Assembly (NCBI GenBank): GCA_026390635.1
Contig: JAPLFO010000149.1
Location: 16,075 to 80,074 of the forward strand
Direction: 5' to 3'
Length of the DNA stretch: 64,000 nt
Origin: Ignavibacteriales bacterium
GTDB taxonomy: Bacteria; Bacteroidota; Ignavibacteria; UBA10030; UBA8401
The notes under the pieces: model-generated
What the model saw: only the letters and a program-made list of their open reading frames with translations
What the model was told of the DNA's origin: nothing
Databases searched by the model: none
Made by a program: the position numbers and the translations under genes
Shown here: positions 37,928-47,884 of the stretch, one piece after another
How positions within the stretch are numbered: position 1 is the stretch's first letter
Layout of the letters: each line of letters opens with the position of its first letter

Positions 37928-38445
37928 CTTTGATTTCCGCTCCACCACAATAGTTCGAGGATTTTGTTTGTGGTGGAGCGTATTTCTGCTTACCGCATGG
38001 CCGCATTGATTCGAGTTGCCCGGCAGATGATCTGTCTTCAGGATCCCGCAAGGGGGACTGCCGCACCGGACGGACCCGGGCAACAAGGCAAATGACGTTG
38101 ATGGAATTGGATTCTCAGCCAGCCCCGTCCCAGCGGCGGGGCTGTGTCTTGTGGTGGACACTCCCTTGGTCTTTTCCGGCGATGCACGCCTTCGTCACCG
38201 GAACACCCCGCATTCGACCGGCATTTGCCTCCCCTGCTATTTCAGCTCGGATGAAATTCTCCTCATTCCACTGAAAAATATGCCTTTTGATCGCAGATAT
38301 TGCTATCCTTCAAGATGACGACGTATCTTCCGGCTATTGAGTGTCGTCTCATTGCGGTGAGGACGAAAGAATTGCCCATTTTGCCATCCCCCAATGCGCA
38401 GGTTTTCCGCCAACACGTCGTCTATTCTTACAGAACCGGGAATTG

Positions 38446-39021
38446 ATGGAAGAGAAAGAACTCATACATCGGCTGCGAGATGGTGACAACAGTGCATATC
38501 GTTTGATTATTGACCGATATCAAACTTCCGTTCTGAATTGTTGTTTCAAGTTCGTGCGACACAGAGAGACCGCCGAGGACTTGACACAGGACGTTTTCAT
38601 AGAAGTCTACAGATCGATTCATATGTTCAGATCGGCATCAAAGTTTTCGACGTGGCTCTTGAGAATTGCAATATCAAAATCATTAGATCATATCAAGAGC
38701 CAGAAAAGAAAAAAACGATTCGGATATTTGAAGAGCATCTTTTCCGGCGACGATTCTGAAGAGCGCGCTCTATCATCCGATCTTCACAATCCGCAGCAAC
38801 TGCTGGAGAATGAAGACAGGGTGCAATTGCTTTCGTGGGCAATAGAATCGTTGCCCGATAATCAGAAGATAGCGTTGACACTCAGCAAATACGATGAACG
38901 AAGCTACAAGGAGATTGCTGACATTCTCCACACAACCATTCCCGCTGTTGAATCGTTGATTGTCCGTGCAAAATCAAATATGAAGAAAAAACTGTACGCA
39001 CATTATAAGAAGCATCTATAG
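38446..39021 (+). CDS. ECF RNA polymerase sigma factor
   Basis: AEDLTQDVFIEVY...FSTWLLRIA; SYKEIADIL...VESLIVRAK. Start moved to MEEKEL. Confidence 0.92.
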   Translation: MEEKELIHRLRDGDNSAYRLIIDRYQTSVLNCCFKFVRHRETAEDLTQDVFIEVYRSIHMFRSASKFSTWLLRIAISKSLDHIKSQKRKKRFGYLKSIFSGDDSEERALSSDLHNPQQLLENEDRVQLLSWAIESLPDNQKIALTLSKYDERSYKEIADILHTTIPAVESLIVRAKSNMKKKLYAHYKKHL

Positions 39022-39070
39022 TCCGCTCCCATGCAGGAACGTGGAAACGAAGTAGCGTGAGGAACATTTC

Positions 39071-39379
39071 ATGAAAGAAGAAGAACGAATACTCGAGGAA
39101 GTTGAAAAGACCCTGTGTGCGCTCGACGATTTGCCAACGATCGAGGCCAATCCATTTCTGTTTACGCGCATACAAGCCCGATTGGCTTCAGAAGATGTTT
39201 CACGGAAAACGTCCCTTGCAGGCTTCATAGAACTCAAACCCATAGCATTGGCCGTTATTATTGTTCTCAACATCATCACCGCCGTGTATTTTTTCAATTC
39301 CAGAAGCAGCGAATATTCCAAAGATCAACTGATCCATTCGCTTAGCGCCGAATATAATTCAACACAAAACGACTTCTAA
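39071..39379 (+). CDS. Single-TM putative anti-sigma factor
   Basis: EANPFLFTRIQARL N-terminal motif plus one TM; directly follows the ECF gene. Confidence 0.7.
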   Translation: MKEEERILEEVEKTLCALDDLPTIEANPFLFTRIQARLASEDVSRKTSLAGFIELKPIALAVIIVLNIITAVYFFNSRSSEYSKDQLIHSLSAEYNSTQNDF

Positions 39380-39391
39380 CGGAACACGACA

Positions 39392-40243
39392 ATGGATCTG
39401 ATAAGACAGAACAAGTTTATCGGCTGGGTCGTCGCCCTGTTGGTAGGACTAAATCTCCTCACATTGACCATGATTTGGATTCAGTCGGAACGAAGGAATC
39501 CCCCCCCACTCAGAGATTCCGGAAATTCTCCCGCGAGTCCTGTTCCCATGCTGCAGCGCGAGCTTGAGCTTACGGCTGACCAGACGGACAAATTTCAGGG
39601 AGTATGGAGGAATCATCAGGAGAAGACGAAAGAGATTAGTGAAGCACGGGACAATCTGAAACGCCTGATGACCGATGAGATATTCAGCTCCACGCCGGAC
39701 AAGCAGAGGGTTGACTCACTCGCCTCGGGAATTGGAAGTCTTGAAGCCAGGATGGAAATATTGCGCTACGAACATTTCAGATTGCTGGCACAAATCTGCA
39801 CCAGTGAACAGAAGACTCAACTGGGTGCAATACTGAGAGAGATCATCCGCAGGAAGGGGCCGACCGGAACGCCCGATCTCAAACCACAACAGCAGCGGTC
39901 GAAGGCCCCCGCAACGTTGAAGAACAATAGAGACATTGAAGAAAGACAACGACCGCCCCGACCGGATGACCGACAGGGCCCACCGACCGCGCTTCAGAAG
40001 CTCGATCGATATGCAGAAAGACTCTCTCTCTCACCTGATCAGATCAAAAAGGTCAAAGACATTCTTGCCCTTTCCCGAACAAAGGAAGAGAAGTTTAAGT
40101 CTCAATCCAGACCGAGTCCGGCTGACTTCGAGATTGAAAAACAGAAAGTGCGAAACGAAGAAGATGAAAGCATTGTCAGCATTCTGAATCCGCGGCAGAA
40201 AGTGGAATTCGAGGAGATGGTGAGAAACCGGGGGAAAAAATAG
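39392..40243 (+). CDS. Spy/CpxP-like periplasmic sensor/chaperone protein
   Basis: N-terminal anchor; LELTADQ, CTSEQK, LSLSPDQ and LNPRQK (LTxxQ-type motifs). Confidence 0.72.
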   Translation: MDLIRQNKFIGWVVALLVGLNLLTLTMIWIQSERRNPPPLRDSGNSPASPVPMLQRELELTADQTDKFQGVWRNHQEKTKEISEARDNLKRLMTDEIFSSTPDKQRVDSLASGIGSLEARMEILRYEHFRLLAQICTSEQKTQLGAILREIIRRKGPTGTPDLKPQQQRSKAPATLKNNRDIEERQRPPRPDDRQGPPTALQKLDRYAERLSLSPDQIKKVKDILALSRTKEEKFKSQSRPSPADFEIEKQKVRNEEDESIVSILNPRQKVEFEEMVRNRGKK

Positions 40244-40282
40244 ACGGGATCCTTCAACAAGACAGAAGCAATGTTGATGTGA

Positions 40283-42607
40283 ATGAAAGAGGTTCCTATG
40301 AAAATGATGAAGACCACATCGTACATTCTCATTTCAATGACCGGCATAGTCCTCTGGTCAAGCATTTCTTATGCTCAGTCATTCTATGACCTCAATACTG
40401 TTCAGACGATTGCTCTGACCTTTCGACAAAGCAACTGGGATTTTATGTTGGATACTGCGAAAGCCGGAAGCGACGGTTACATTATGGCCCAATCGGTTTC
40501 CATTAACGGAACAGTATTCGACAGTGTCGGCGTAAAATATAAGGGCAACAGCACCTATCGTCCCGAACAAGTAAAGAATCCTTTCCACATTGAACTGGAT
40601 ACGTACAAGGACCAGAATTATCAGGGCTACACGGATGTTAAACTCAGTAATGCCGCCAAAGACCCGTCATTCCTGCGTGAGGCGCTTTCGTATGCTATTT
40701 TGCGTCAATACATGGATGCCTCTCTGTCAAACTATGCAAACGTGTATGTGAATGGAAAATTAATCGGGTTGTACGTCAACTGTGAATCTGTCAGCAAAAA
40801 ATTTGTCCGAAATCATTTCTATTCCAAGGATAATGCGTTTTTCAAGTGCAATCCTATTGCCGGCGCAGGACCGGGAACATCGGCCTTACCCAATCTGGTC
40901 TATTTAGGACCTGACAGCACCAGTTATGCGCCTGCCTATGAAATGAATTCAGATTTTGGGTGGAGTGATTTGATACGTCTCTGCAACACTCTCAAGAACA
41001 ATATTAGTGGAATAGAGACCGTTTTGGATGTGGACCGGGCATTATGGATGTTGGCATTTGACAATTGCCTGGTCAATCTGGACAGCTACATCGGAGGATT
41101 CGCACAAAACTACTACCTCTACAAGGACAATACGGGACGATTCAATTGCGTCCTGTGGGATTTTAATGAATCATTCGGAACCTTCAGCAATACCGGAACG
41201 ATCAATTTACCAAACACGACCGCAAAAATTCAGATGACACATTTGCTCCATTCCGGTGACGCAAATTGGCCCTTGGTGCAAAAACTGCTTTCTGTTCCTG
41301 CATACAAAAAAATGTATTTGGCGCATTTGCAGACTATCCTGAATGAAAACTTCTCCAACGGCAGCTACCTGACAACGGCACGATCATACCAGCCGGTCAT
41401 TGATGCTTCCGTTCAGGCTGATCCCAACAAGCTGTACACTTATGCGCAATATCAAAGCAATCTAACGGCGGATGTTACTTCGGGATCCGGACCAAGTATG
41501 ACCTCTGCGCCGGGAATTGCAAATTTAATGAACGGCAGATATACCTATCTCTCACCCCTCTCAGATTTCACGAACACAAGACCCTCCATTGCCGGCGTTG
41601 CTCCCAGCAACGCAGCGCCCAAAGTGAAGAGCAGCATTTCCGTCACCGCAACGGTATCTAATACCAATGCAAATGCTGTTTATTTAGGATATCGGTACGA
41701 TGTCACCGACAAATTTACAAAAGTTCTCATGTATGACGACGGCGCGCATGGAGACGGTGCCTCCGGAGACAATGTCTACGGCGCGACCATCAACGTGAAC
41801 TCTCCGCTCATTCAGTACTACGTTTATGCAGAAAACAATAATGCAGGAATGTTCTCACCGGTAAGAGCTGAACATGAATTCTATACGATAAAGGCAGAAG
41901 GCGACCCCGGTACTGTGACCGTGAAAATGAATGAAATCTATTCCCGGGGCACAACAACAGATCCCGACTGGATTGAACTCTACAACACAACAACTGCACC
42001 GATTAGTCTCGCCGGATACAAGATTTATGATGTTGGTGGTCAGGGAGGCACAAAACCCAAGAAGGAGATCCCCGCCGGAACCGTGATCCCGGCGACGGGG
42101 TTCTTCGTCGTTGTCACGGATGGTTCTGCGTCCAGCGACTTCGGCCTCTCGAGCTCCGGTGAGACTGTTTGGCTTGAAGACTCGGCCGGCACAATCGTAG
42201 ACACCGTGAACTTCGCCGCTATGGGTACGTCCCAAAGTTACGGCAGATTTCCTGACGGAGGCGCGTGGAAGCTCCTCAATACGATTACTCGCGGAACGAC
42301 AAATGGAGGAGCCACAGCGGTTTGGTCTGAACACTCTATCCCGGGCAACTTTGAATTAAGTCAAAACTATCCGAATCCGTTCAATCCAGTCACGACAATA
42401 AAATACTCATTGCCACGGAATACCACTGTAATCTTGAGAGTGTATAACCTGATTGGTCAGGAGGTCGCAGTTAATGTCAATTCATTTCAGGCACCGGGGG
42501 AGTATTCGGTTACGTTTGACGCTTCCAAATTTCCAAGCGGCATATATTTCTATCGGTTGAGTGCGGGATCGTTCATCGAAACAAGAAAAATGATATTGAT
42601 TCGATAG
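40283..42607 (+). CDS. Secreted CotH-family kinase with LTD and CTD
   Basis: VGVKYKGNS, KNPFHIELD, DPSFLRE, LDSY...QNYYLY, WDFNESFG; MYDDGAHGDG domain; LTD; QNYPNPFNP. Confidence 0.88.
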   Translation: MKEVPMKMMKTTSYILISMTGIVLWSSISYAQSFYDLNTVQTIALTFRQSNWDFMLDTAKAGSDGYIMAQSVSINGTVFDSVGVKYKGNSTYRPEQVKNPFHIELDTYKDQNYQGYTDVKLSNAAKDPSFLREALSYAILRQYMDASLSNYANVYVNGKLIGLYVNCESVSKKFVRNHFYSKDNAFFKCNPIAGAGPGTSALPNLVYLGPDSTSYAPAYEMNSDFGWSDLIRLCNTLKNNISGIETVLDVDRALWMLAFDNCLVNLDSYIGGFAQNYYLYKDNTGRFNCVLWDFNESFGTFSNTGTINLPNTTAKIQMTHLLHSGDANWPLVQKLLSVPAYKKMYLAHLQTILNENFSNGSYLTTARSYQPVIDASVQADPNKLYTYAQYQSNLTADVTSGSGPSMTSAPGIANLMNGRYTYLSPLSDFTNTRPSIAGVAPSNAAPKVKSSISVTATVSNTNANAVYLGYRYDVTDKFTKVLMYDDGAHGDGASGDNVYGATINVNSPLIQYYVYAENNNAGMFSPVRAEHEFYTIKAEGDPGTVTVKMNEIYSRGTTTDPDWIELYNTTTAPISLAGYKIYDVGGQGGTKPKKEIPAGTVIPATGFFVVVTDGSASSDFGLSSSGETVWLEDSAGTIVDTVNFAAMGTSQSYGRFPDGGAWKLLNTITRGTTNGGATAVWSEHSIPGNFELSQNYPNPFNPVTTIKYSLPRNTTVILRVYNLIGQEVAVNVNSFQAPGEYSVTFDASKFPSGIYFYRLSAGSFIETRKMILIR

Positions 42608-42730
42608 TATCCGGTGATACCGTGGGTGGTTACACAATCAGCCTTGCGTCTTCTCTCGTGCAACATACTGCCGAAACAGCAGTACTTGCGACGCAGATGG
42701 TATCATAGATCTGCGGAGCAAGTCGGCATT

Positions 42731-45700
42731 CTATCGACTCGGTTCCTTTGCCCCTACCGCTTCAAAATAGCGGCGGATCAATTCCTGATAGTCTTTTGTA
42801 TAGCCCTCCTCCAGCGCCTTGATCAGGTCGCGGCGAAGTTTATCCGTCTCGGCGGTAGATGACAATGTCGCGGGACTAGACCGTACAGGCGCTTTGCCGG
42901 AGACAGAACGGCGACGCTGTTCAAAGTCTCTCTCCCGCAATGAACTCTGGGCTTCAAGCATACGGGAGAGAATTTTCTCCTGCTGCCGGAGCGTGTTGGG
43001 ATTGACATTGTTCTGCTCCATATCCGCAACCACTTCACGCATCTCGTCCGCAATGCGCTGTAAATCTCCCAGAATGCGGCTGCGCTCGTTGCTCGATTGC
43101 GCCTCCTTGTTCAATTGCTCCATCGATTTGCGCAGCGCATCCTGTTGTACAGCCAGACGCCCGGCTTGCTGCATCTGCGCCTGAGACATTCCGCTTCCCA
43201 TCTGCTGCGTCTGCATGTTGATTCCCTGCTGCTGGCCGGTCATGCGCCTCAATTGCTGCATAAGCGATCCGCCGCCTGCGCCCGCACCGTCCTGCTGCAT
43301 CGATTGCATCGCATCCTGGACAAGCTGCGCCGCCTGATTGAGCGAAGCCATCGCCCCTATCTGTTCCTGTCCGGCGGCACCGCCGTTGCGCTGATCCAGC
43401 CCCATGACGGCCTGGTTCATATGGGCAAGTGCGTCGCCGATCGACTTTCCCATTTCCGGGGTTACTATAAAAGATTTCTGCGATAGCTCCGCCAGGCCGT
43501 TGGTCACATTGCGAAGATCGTTCTGCACATCCTGCTGAGTCTCCGCCTTTTCACGCAGGCGCGGAGAATTCGGATCGCTCCGCTGGGTTTCATTCTTCAA
43601 TGCTTCTTCTTTCTGTGAAATCTGGAGGAGATCCTTCATGGCGCGGCGCAGGGCAGCCATCGTCTCCTGTATTTGCTTTGCGAGAAGCTGTTGCTGCATG
43701 CGGGACATCTGCTGCGTCATCTTCTGCATTTTCTTCGAAGCCTTCTGCTGGGATTCTTGTGCCTGCTGCGGCTGCTGCGCTTGGAGCTGTTGTTCGCTCT
43801 GCTCCATGGATTTTTCCATTTCCTCATCGTTCGCAGCCTGCTCCGCTTTCTCCAGCTCGTTCATCGGCATTTCTTTTGCGAACTCCTCCATCTTTGTGCG
43901 GAGTTCAGAAAGATGTTTCTGCAATTCCTGCAGATCCCTATTGATATCGCGCTGCTTTTGTGCGAGTTCCTTTGCTTTTGCCTTGTCCTGCGGATCCGCT
44001 TTAGCCGTTTCTTTCTGCAGCGCTTCCTGCTGTTCCTGCAATTGTTCCGCCCGTCGGACCATCTCGTCCACTTTCTGTTCTACTTGAATGCGCTTCAACA
44101 GGTTGAGTGTCCGCTCAATGCTTTTACGGAATGCCTCTTCGGTGAACTGTACCTTCTGCATTGCCTCTTTCAATTGATCAGGCGAAAAATTCTGCATCGA
44201 GCTTTGAAGGCGCTTCATCGCCTCCTGAAATTCCTTCAAGTCAAGCTGCTGCATCATCTGCTGGAGCTCCATATATTTTTGCATGGTCTCCTGCGAGAGG
44301 ACATTGTTTTTTTGCAGCTGCTGTGCCATTTCGTCGACCGTACGATTCACCTGATCGACCTTTTTCTGAAGATCCTCATACTTTCTTGCAAGTTCGGTGG
44401 CACGCTGCTGCTGCTGCCAATCGGGCGGCTGGCTCTTCTTCATTTCCCGGGCCAGTTTCTCGACATCTTTCTTAAATTCCTCCGCCTGTTGAAGTGATTC
44501 ATTCAGGTTTTTGACGGCGCTGTTTTGAGCCTTATCGGCATCCGCGAATACTTCCTCGAAGGATGGCAGGCGAAGGATGTACGTGTCGCTGACTCCCATC
44601 TTGGGACCGGAGACGACATCGTTGTCGAATACTTCCGCACGGTATTCAACAACATCTTCCGGCACAAGGGCGAGGGGTGCAAGATTCCAGGTATGGTCGG
44701 ATTCAAGATCGAAACCGGTCATCCCGGCTGCCGATCGTCCGCCGGGTGCTATTGGAATCTGGACATAGGTGAATTGCTCCTGCGGCTTTTCATATTTTGA
44801 CTGGATAAGACGGTAGGCAATGCGCAGCGCGCTGATGCCGTAGTCGTCATGCAGCTTGAAATGCATCGGCAGCGTTGTTGCGTCTGTGATATCAACATTG
44901 CGTCCGGGCTGCGTGATGGCAACACCCGGAACCTCGTCTGCCGTAATGTCGATCTTGTACTCGATCGGATTGATACTTGTATTTCCAGTTACATCTGTCA
45001 GCGCGATATGATAGCTCGTGGATTGACGAAAGACCGCTTGAGCCGTCACTGATGTTCCGTTCATCGTGCACGGTATTTTTTTCCCTTCCCGGCAAAGGAC
45101 CGATGCCGATGAAAGTTTCTTGTTGGAAAGAATTGTCCAATGCACGCGGGAACCGGCCAGTGCCGCAACATCTCCGACATTGTCATCCAATGAGATTGCC
45201 GGTGTATGCGCGTAGACCGGAGAAGTCACTACAACTTTCATCGAGCGAACATAAGGACGATCGACCACTGCGATACGGTACTCATCGCTCTGCATTTCTG
45301 CCGCCGAAACAGAGTAGCGGAAGGACTGCTTGGCGGATGGAATCGCATACACAAATCGGCCGGTGGAATCCGCTGCCAGCGACACGTCTTCTGCGACCGT
45401 GACGCCTTCCAGTTGAAGTCGAAGCCGGACGCTCGTTGGCATCCGGAACGAGAGCGATTGGTTTGCAGTCACCAGGTCTGCGGAAATTGATACCGGAAGT
45501 CCTTTGACCACTTCTGTGTTGCCGGGCTGGACGCGAATTGTAAACGGATAAGGATGATGAAACTTCGTTGAACAATGCAGAATGCGACGTCCTGCTTCAC
45601 CGAGTCCGGTCGCCGATGTTCCAAACAGGATTGCAGCAACCACAAGCAGAGCTGCACACCAGCGGATGTTGCGCTTGAACGATGTGAACGATACAATCGC

Positions 45701-46159
45701 AATAAATGGAAGATTGCTGCTTGCCTCGTGCAGTTCCTTCGCCGCTGCTTCGATCATTTCCGGAGAATACTCATACCGTGATACGCTCTTGCCGGCACCG
45801 GAAAGCTCCAGCACATTGCGTAAGTGGTCTTTGATCTGGGGATACAAAATTCCGACGCGATCGGCAATGTCAAGCTCCGACAGCGAATGCAGGAGCTTTT
45901 GGGATGCAAGGATTGGACGGAGAACGAACCATGCCGCTGAAGCCGAGCAAATAAGAATCCCGAGCAAGAGAAGCAGTGTTCTGCCTGTTGTTCCGTATGC
46001 AAACAGCGCCTCCACTGCAGACGAGAAAAGTGCAACAATGACGGCACAACCTGCACCGATAATTGCGCCGCTGCCGATTTGCTCTTTATAATGAAGATTT
46101 CGGGCGGCGGTCAGCTTCCTGCGAAATTCTGCTTCGTATTTTTCTATCCGGTTTGTCAT
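42731..46159 (-). CDS. DUF4175-family membrane protein with long Q/E/K-rich coiled coil
   Basis: Three N-terminal TMs; DDYGI; EVFDNDVVSGPK; LRRQEKILSRML-like segment; YQELIRRYF terminus. Confidence 0.75.
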   Translation of the reverse strand: MTNRIEKYEAEFRRKLTAARNLHYKEQIGSGAIIGAGCAVIVALFSSAVEALFAYGTTGRTLLLLLGILICSASAAWFVLRPILASQKLLHSLSELDIADRVGILYPQIKDHLRNVLELSGAGKSVSRYEYSPEMIEAAAKELHEASSNLPFIAIVSFTSFKRNIRWCAALLVVAAILFGTSATGLGEAGRRILHCSTKFHHPYPFTIRVQPGNTEVVKGLPVSISADLVTANQSLSFRMPTSVRLRLQLEGVTVAEDVSLAADSTGRFVYAIPSAKQSFRYSVSAAEMQSDEYRIAVVDRPYVRSMKVVVTSPVYAHTPAISLDDNVGDVAALAGSRVHWTILSNKKLSSASVLCREGKKIPCTMNGTSVTAQAVFRQSTSYHIALTDVTGNTSINPIEYKIDITADEVPGVAITQPGRNVDITDATTLPMHFKLHDDYGISALRIAYRLIQSKYEKPQEQFTYVQIPIAPGGRSAAGMTGFDLESDHTWNLAPLALVPEDVVEYRAEVFDNDVVSGPKMGVSDTYILRLPSFEEVFADADKAQNSAVKNLNESLQQAEEFKKDVEKLAREMKKSQPPDWQQQQRATELARKYEDLQKKVDQVNRTVDEMAQQLQKNNVLSQETMQKYMELQQMMQQLDLKEFQEAMKRLQSSMQNFSPDQLKEAMQKVQFTEEAFRKSIERTLNLLKRIQVEQKVDEMVRRAEQLQEQQEALQKETAKADPQDKAKAKELAQKQRDINRDLQELQKHLSELRTKMEEFAKEMPMNELEKAEQAANDEEMEKSMEQSEQQLQAQQPQQAQESQQKASKKMQKMTQQMSRMQQQLLAKQIQETMAALRRAMKDLLQISQKEEALKNETQRSDPNSPRLREKAETQQDVQNDLRNVTNGLAELSQKSFIVTPEMGKSIGDALAHMNQAVMGLDQRNGGAAGQEQIGAMASLNQAAQLVQDAMQSMQQDGAGAGGGSLMQQLRRMTGQQQGINMQTQQMGSGMSQAQMQQAGRLAVQQDALRKSMEQLNKEAQSSNERSRILGDLQRIADEMREVVADMEQNNVNPNTLRQQEKILSRMLEAQSSLRERDFEQRRRSVSGKAPVRSSPATLSSTAETDKLRRDLIKALEEGYTKDYQELIRRYFEAVGAKEPSR

Positions 46160-46165
46160 TGGCTG

Positions 46166-46837
46166 CTACTGCGTCAGCGCCCACACAAGAATATTTGTTC
46201 CAAAGCGAAGAGCTTCCTCTCTTTTTTCATCCGGATCTTTATGCACCTCCGGATCGGCCCAACCGTCCGAAGGAGTCGATTCGAAGGTATAGTACACCGC
46301 CAGGCGGCCTTTAAGGAAAATGCCGAAGCCCTGAGGCGGTTTGTTGTCGTGCTCATGCGTCTTGGGCGGGCCGTTTGGAAAATCAAATTTACAATGATAC
46401 AGTCCGTGCGAATACGGAAGCTCCACGAGTTCTGCGTCGGGAAAGACACGCTTCATCTCCCGCCGGAAGGCTTTGTCCATGCCATAATCGTCGTCTGCGT
46501 ACAGAAAACCGCCGTTTTCAATATACTGTCGAAGTCGCCGGATTTCATAGTCTGAGAGGACAATGTTTCCATGCCCGGTCATAAAGAGAAAGGGACAGGA
46601 AAAGAGATTATCACTGCCGAGTTCGGCAAACTCATACTTTGGATCGGCATCGATGCCGGCATATTGGCGCGCAAAGAGGAGCAGATTCACTTCTGCGGAT
46701 GGATCATTGTACCAGTCACCACCGCCGGCGTATTTTAGCCGGGTAATCCTGAATTGCGAATCGATCCGCCTGGATTGGGCAGAAGCCAATCCGATCAGAA
46801 GTGCCGAAAGGAGTATAAAAAAAGGAAGGCGGCGCAC
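46166..46837 (-). CDS. DUF4159 domain protein
   Basis: LKYAGGGDWY, PFLFMTGHG, GGFLYADDDYG, HEHD, DGWAD. Confidence 0.85.
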   Translation of the reverse strand: MRRLPFFILLSALLIGLASAQSRRIDSQFRITRLKYAGGGDWYNDPSAEVNLLLFARQYAGIDADPKYEFAELGSDNLFSCPFLFMTGHGNIVLSDYEIRRLRQYIENGGFLYADDDYGMDKAFRREMKRVFPDAELVELPYSHGLYHCKFDFPNGPPKTHEHDNKPPQGFGIFLKGRLAVYYTFESTPSDGWADPEVHKDPDEKREEALRFGTNILVWALTQ

Positions 46838-46964
46838 TGCAGTCCGTTACACTCGTGTATAAATGGAGCAGAGGATACAGAGAAAGATCGCTCTGTGTCC
46901 TCTGCGCTATACTGTCCAGAACTGCAGATAATGTACTCTTTGGTGTGTGAAATTGCAACAGCAG

Positions 46965-47315
46965 CTACATCGACTTCACCATGATGGCAACTTCCTGAGC
47001 AACTTTCCAATTGAATTCAAATGCCAGGCTCCTGTGATTGACCAGATCGATAATTGTTCCGATGCAGCAGAAGCCCCAGGTGAATAGATAGAGAATGCCC
47101 ATGCCGATTTGCCGAACTAAAAACCGCTGCACACCGGCCGCGCCGACAAAAGCGATCAGCGTGACCAGCAACAGCGTCTGCGGTTCACGGCGGCGGGCAC
47201 CGTAAATCATTGCAAACTGCTGAACCTGTGTTTCCGTCATATCTTTGGTCAGGTTCTGTATAAAGGTGAACTCGTCCCCTTCCAGTGTCGGCAGCATCGT
47301 TAGAATATTAGCCAT
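46965..47315 (-). CDS. TM2 domain protein
   Basis: GAAGVQRFLVRQIGMGILYLFTWGFCCIGTIIDL. Confidence 0.85.
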   Translation of the reverse strand: MANILTMLPTLEGDEFTFIQNLTKDMTETQVQQFAMIYGARRREPQTLLLVTLIAFVGAAGVQRFLVRQIGMGILYLFTWGFCCIGTIIDLVNHRSLAFEFNWKVAQEVAIMVKSM

Positions 47316-47399
47316 TTGAGCTCCTTGGTATGTGTGCGATTATTTTTGCGACTGCTTCTGTATCCGTTTCCGATAGAGATGATATTCAAACAGTTTTGA

Positions 47400-47750
47400 C
47401 TACGAAATTTGGGTTCCTGCAGAATGTGTTTTCCAGAACCGGTAGAAGAGGGCAAGACTGCGCGCGCTGAGCACAACGACAGCCGGAATACCGAGCCAAT
47501 GAGTCGACCATGATTGTTGAACATTGCCATGCAAGAAGAACGTAATCGCGTGGCCGATGTTGCAGCCTGGACAGAAATTGAGACCGAGAGATTTCAGCGG
47601 ACAGAGTGAGAAATGGCGGTCTGCATTGGGATCCGCGATTGCGAGAGCCGCCAGGGCCGTCACCCAGAAAGCTGCTTCCCATGGAAAACGAAGCATTTTT
47701 TGCACTCCGGACTTCATTTCATTCAAACCACGCTCTTGGAAAAAGCTCAC
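47400..47750 (-). CDS. DUF2752 domain membrane protein
   Basis: SLCPLKSLGLNFCPGCNIGHAI. Confidence 0.8.
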   Translation of the reverse strand: MSFFQERGLNEMKSGVQKMLRFPWEAAFWVTALAALAIADPNADRHFSLCPLKSLGLNFCPGCNIGHAITFFLHGNVQQSWSTHWLGIPAVVVLSARSLALFYRFWKTHSAGTQIS

Positions 47751-47827
47751 TTACCAACCGCCGACAGAAGTATTAATGTACGCAAATACTTCTTCTTGTT
47801 CCCAACCGTGTGCTTGCTTCGCCGCAA

Positions 47828-47868
47828 CAGAAAGCCCTGCTGACGACCGCGTCTGCAGGGCTCTTTGT
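47828..47868 (-). terminator. Terminator-like hairpin downstream of ftsZ
   Basis: AGCCCTGC...GCAGGGCT flanked by short A/T tracts. Confidence 0.55.
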
Positions 47869-47884
47869 CATCGTGCCGGAAGCA

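Noticed and set aside
43100-44450. CAG/CTG-rich low-complexity DNA as a repeat element
   Set aside because: Explained by the glutamine-rich coiled coil of the DUF4175 protein.
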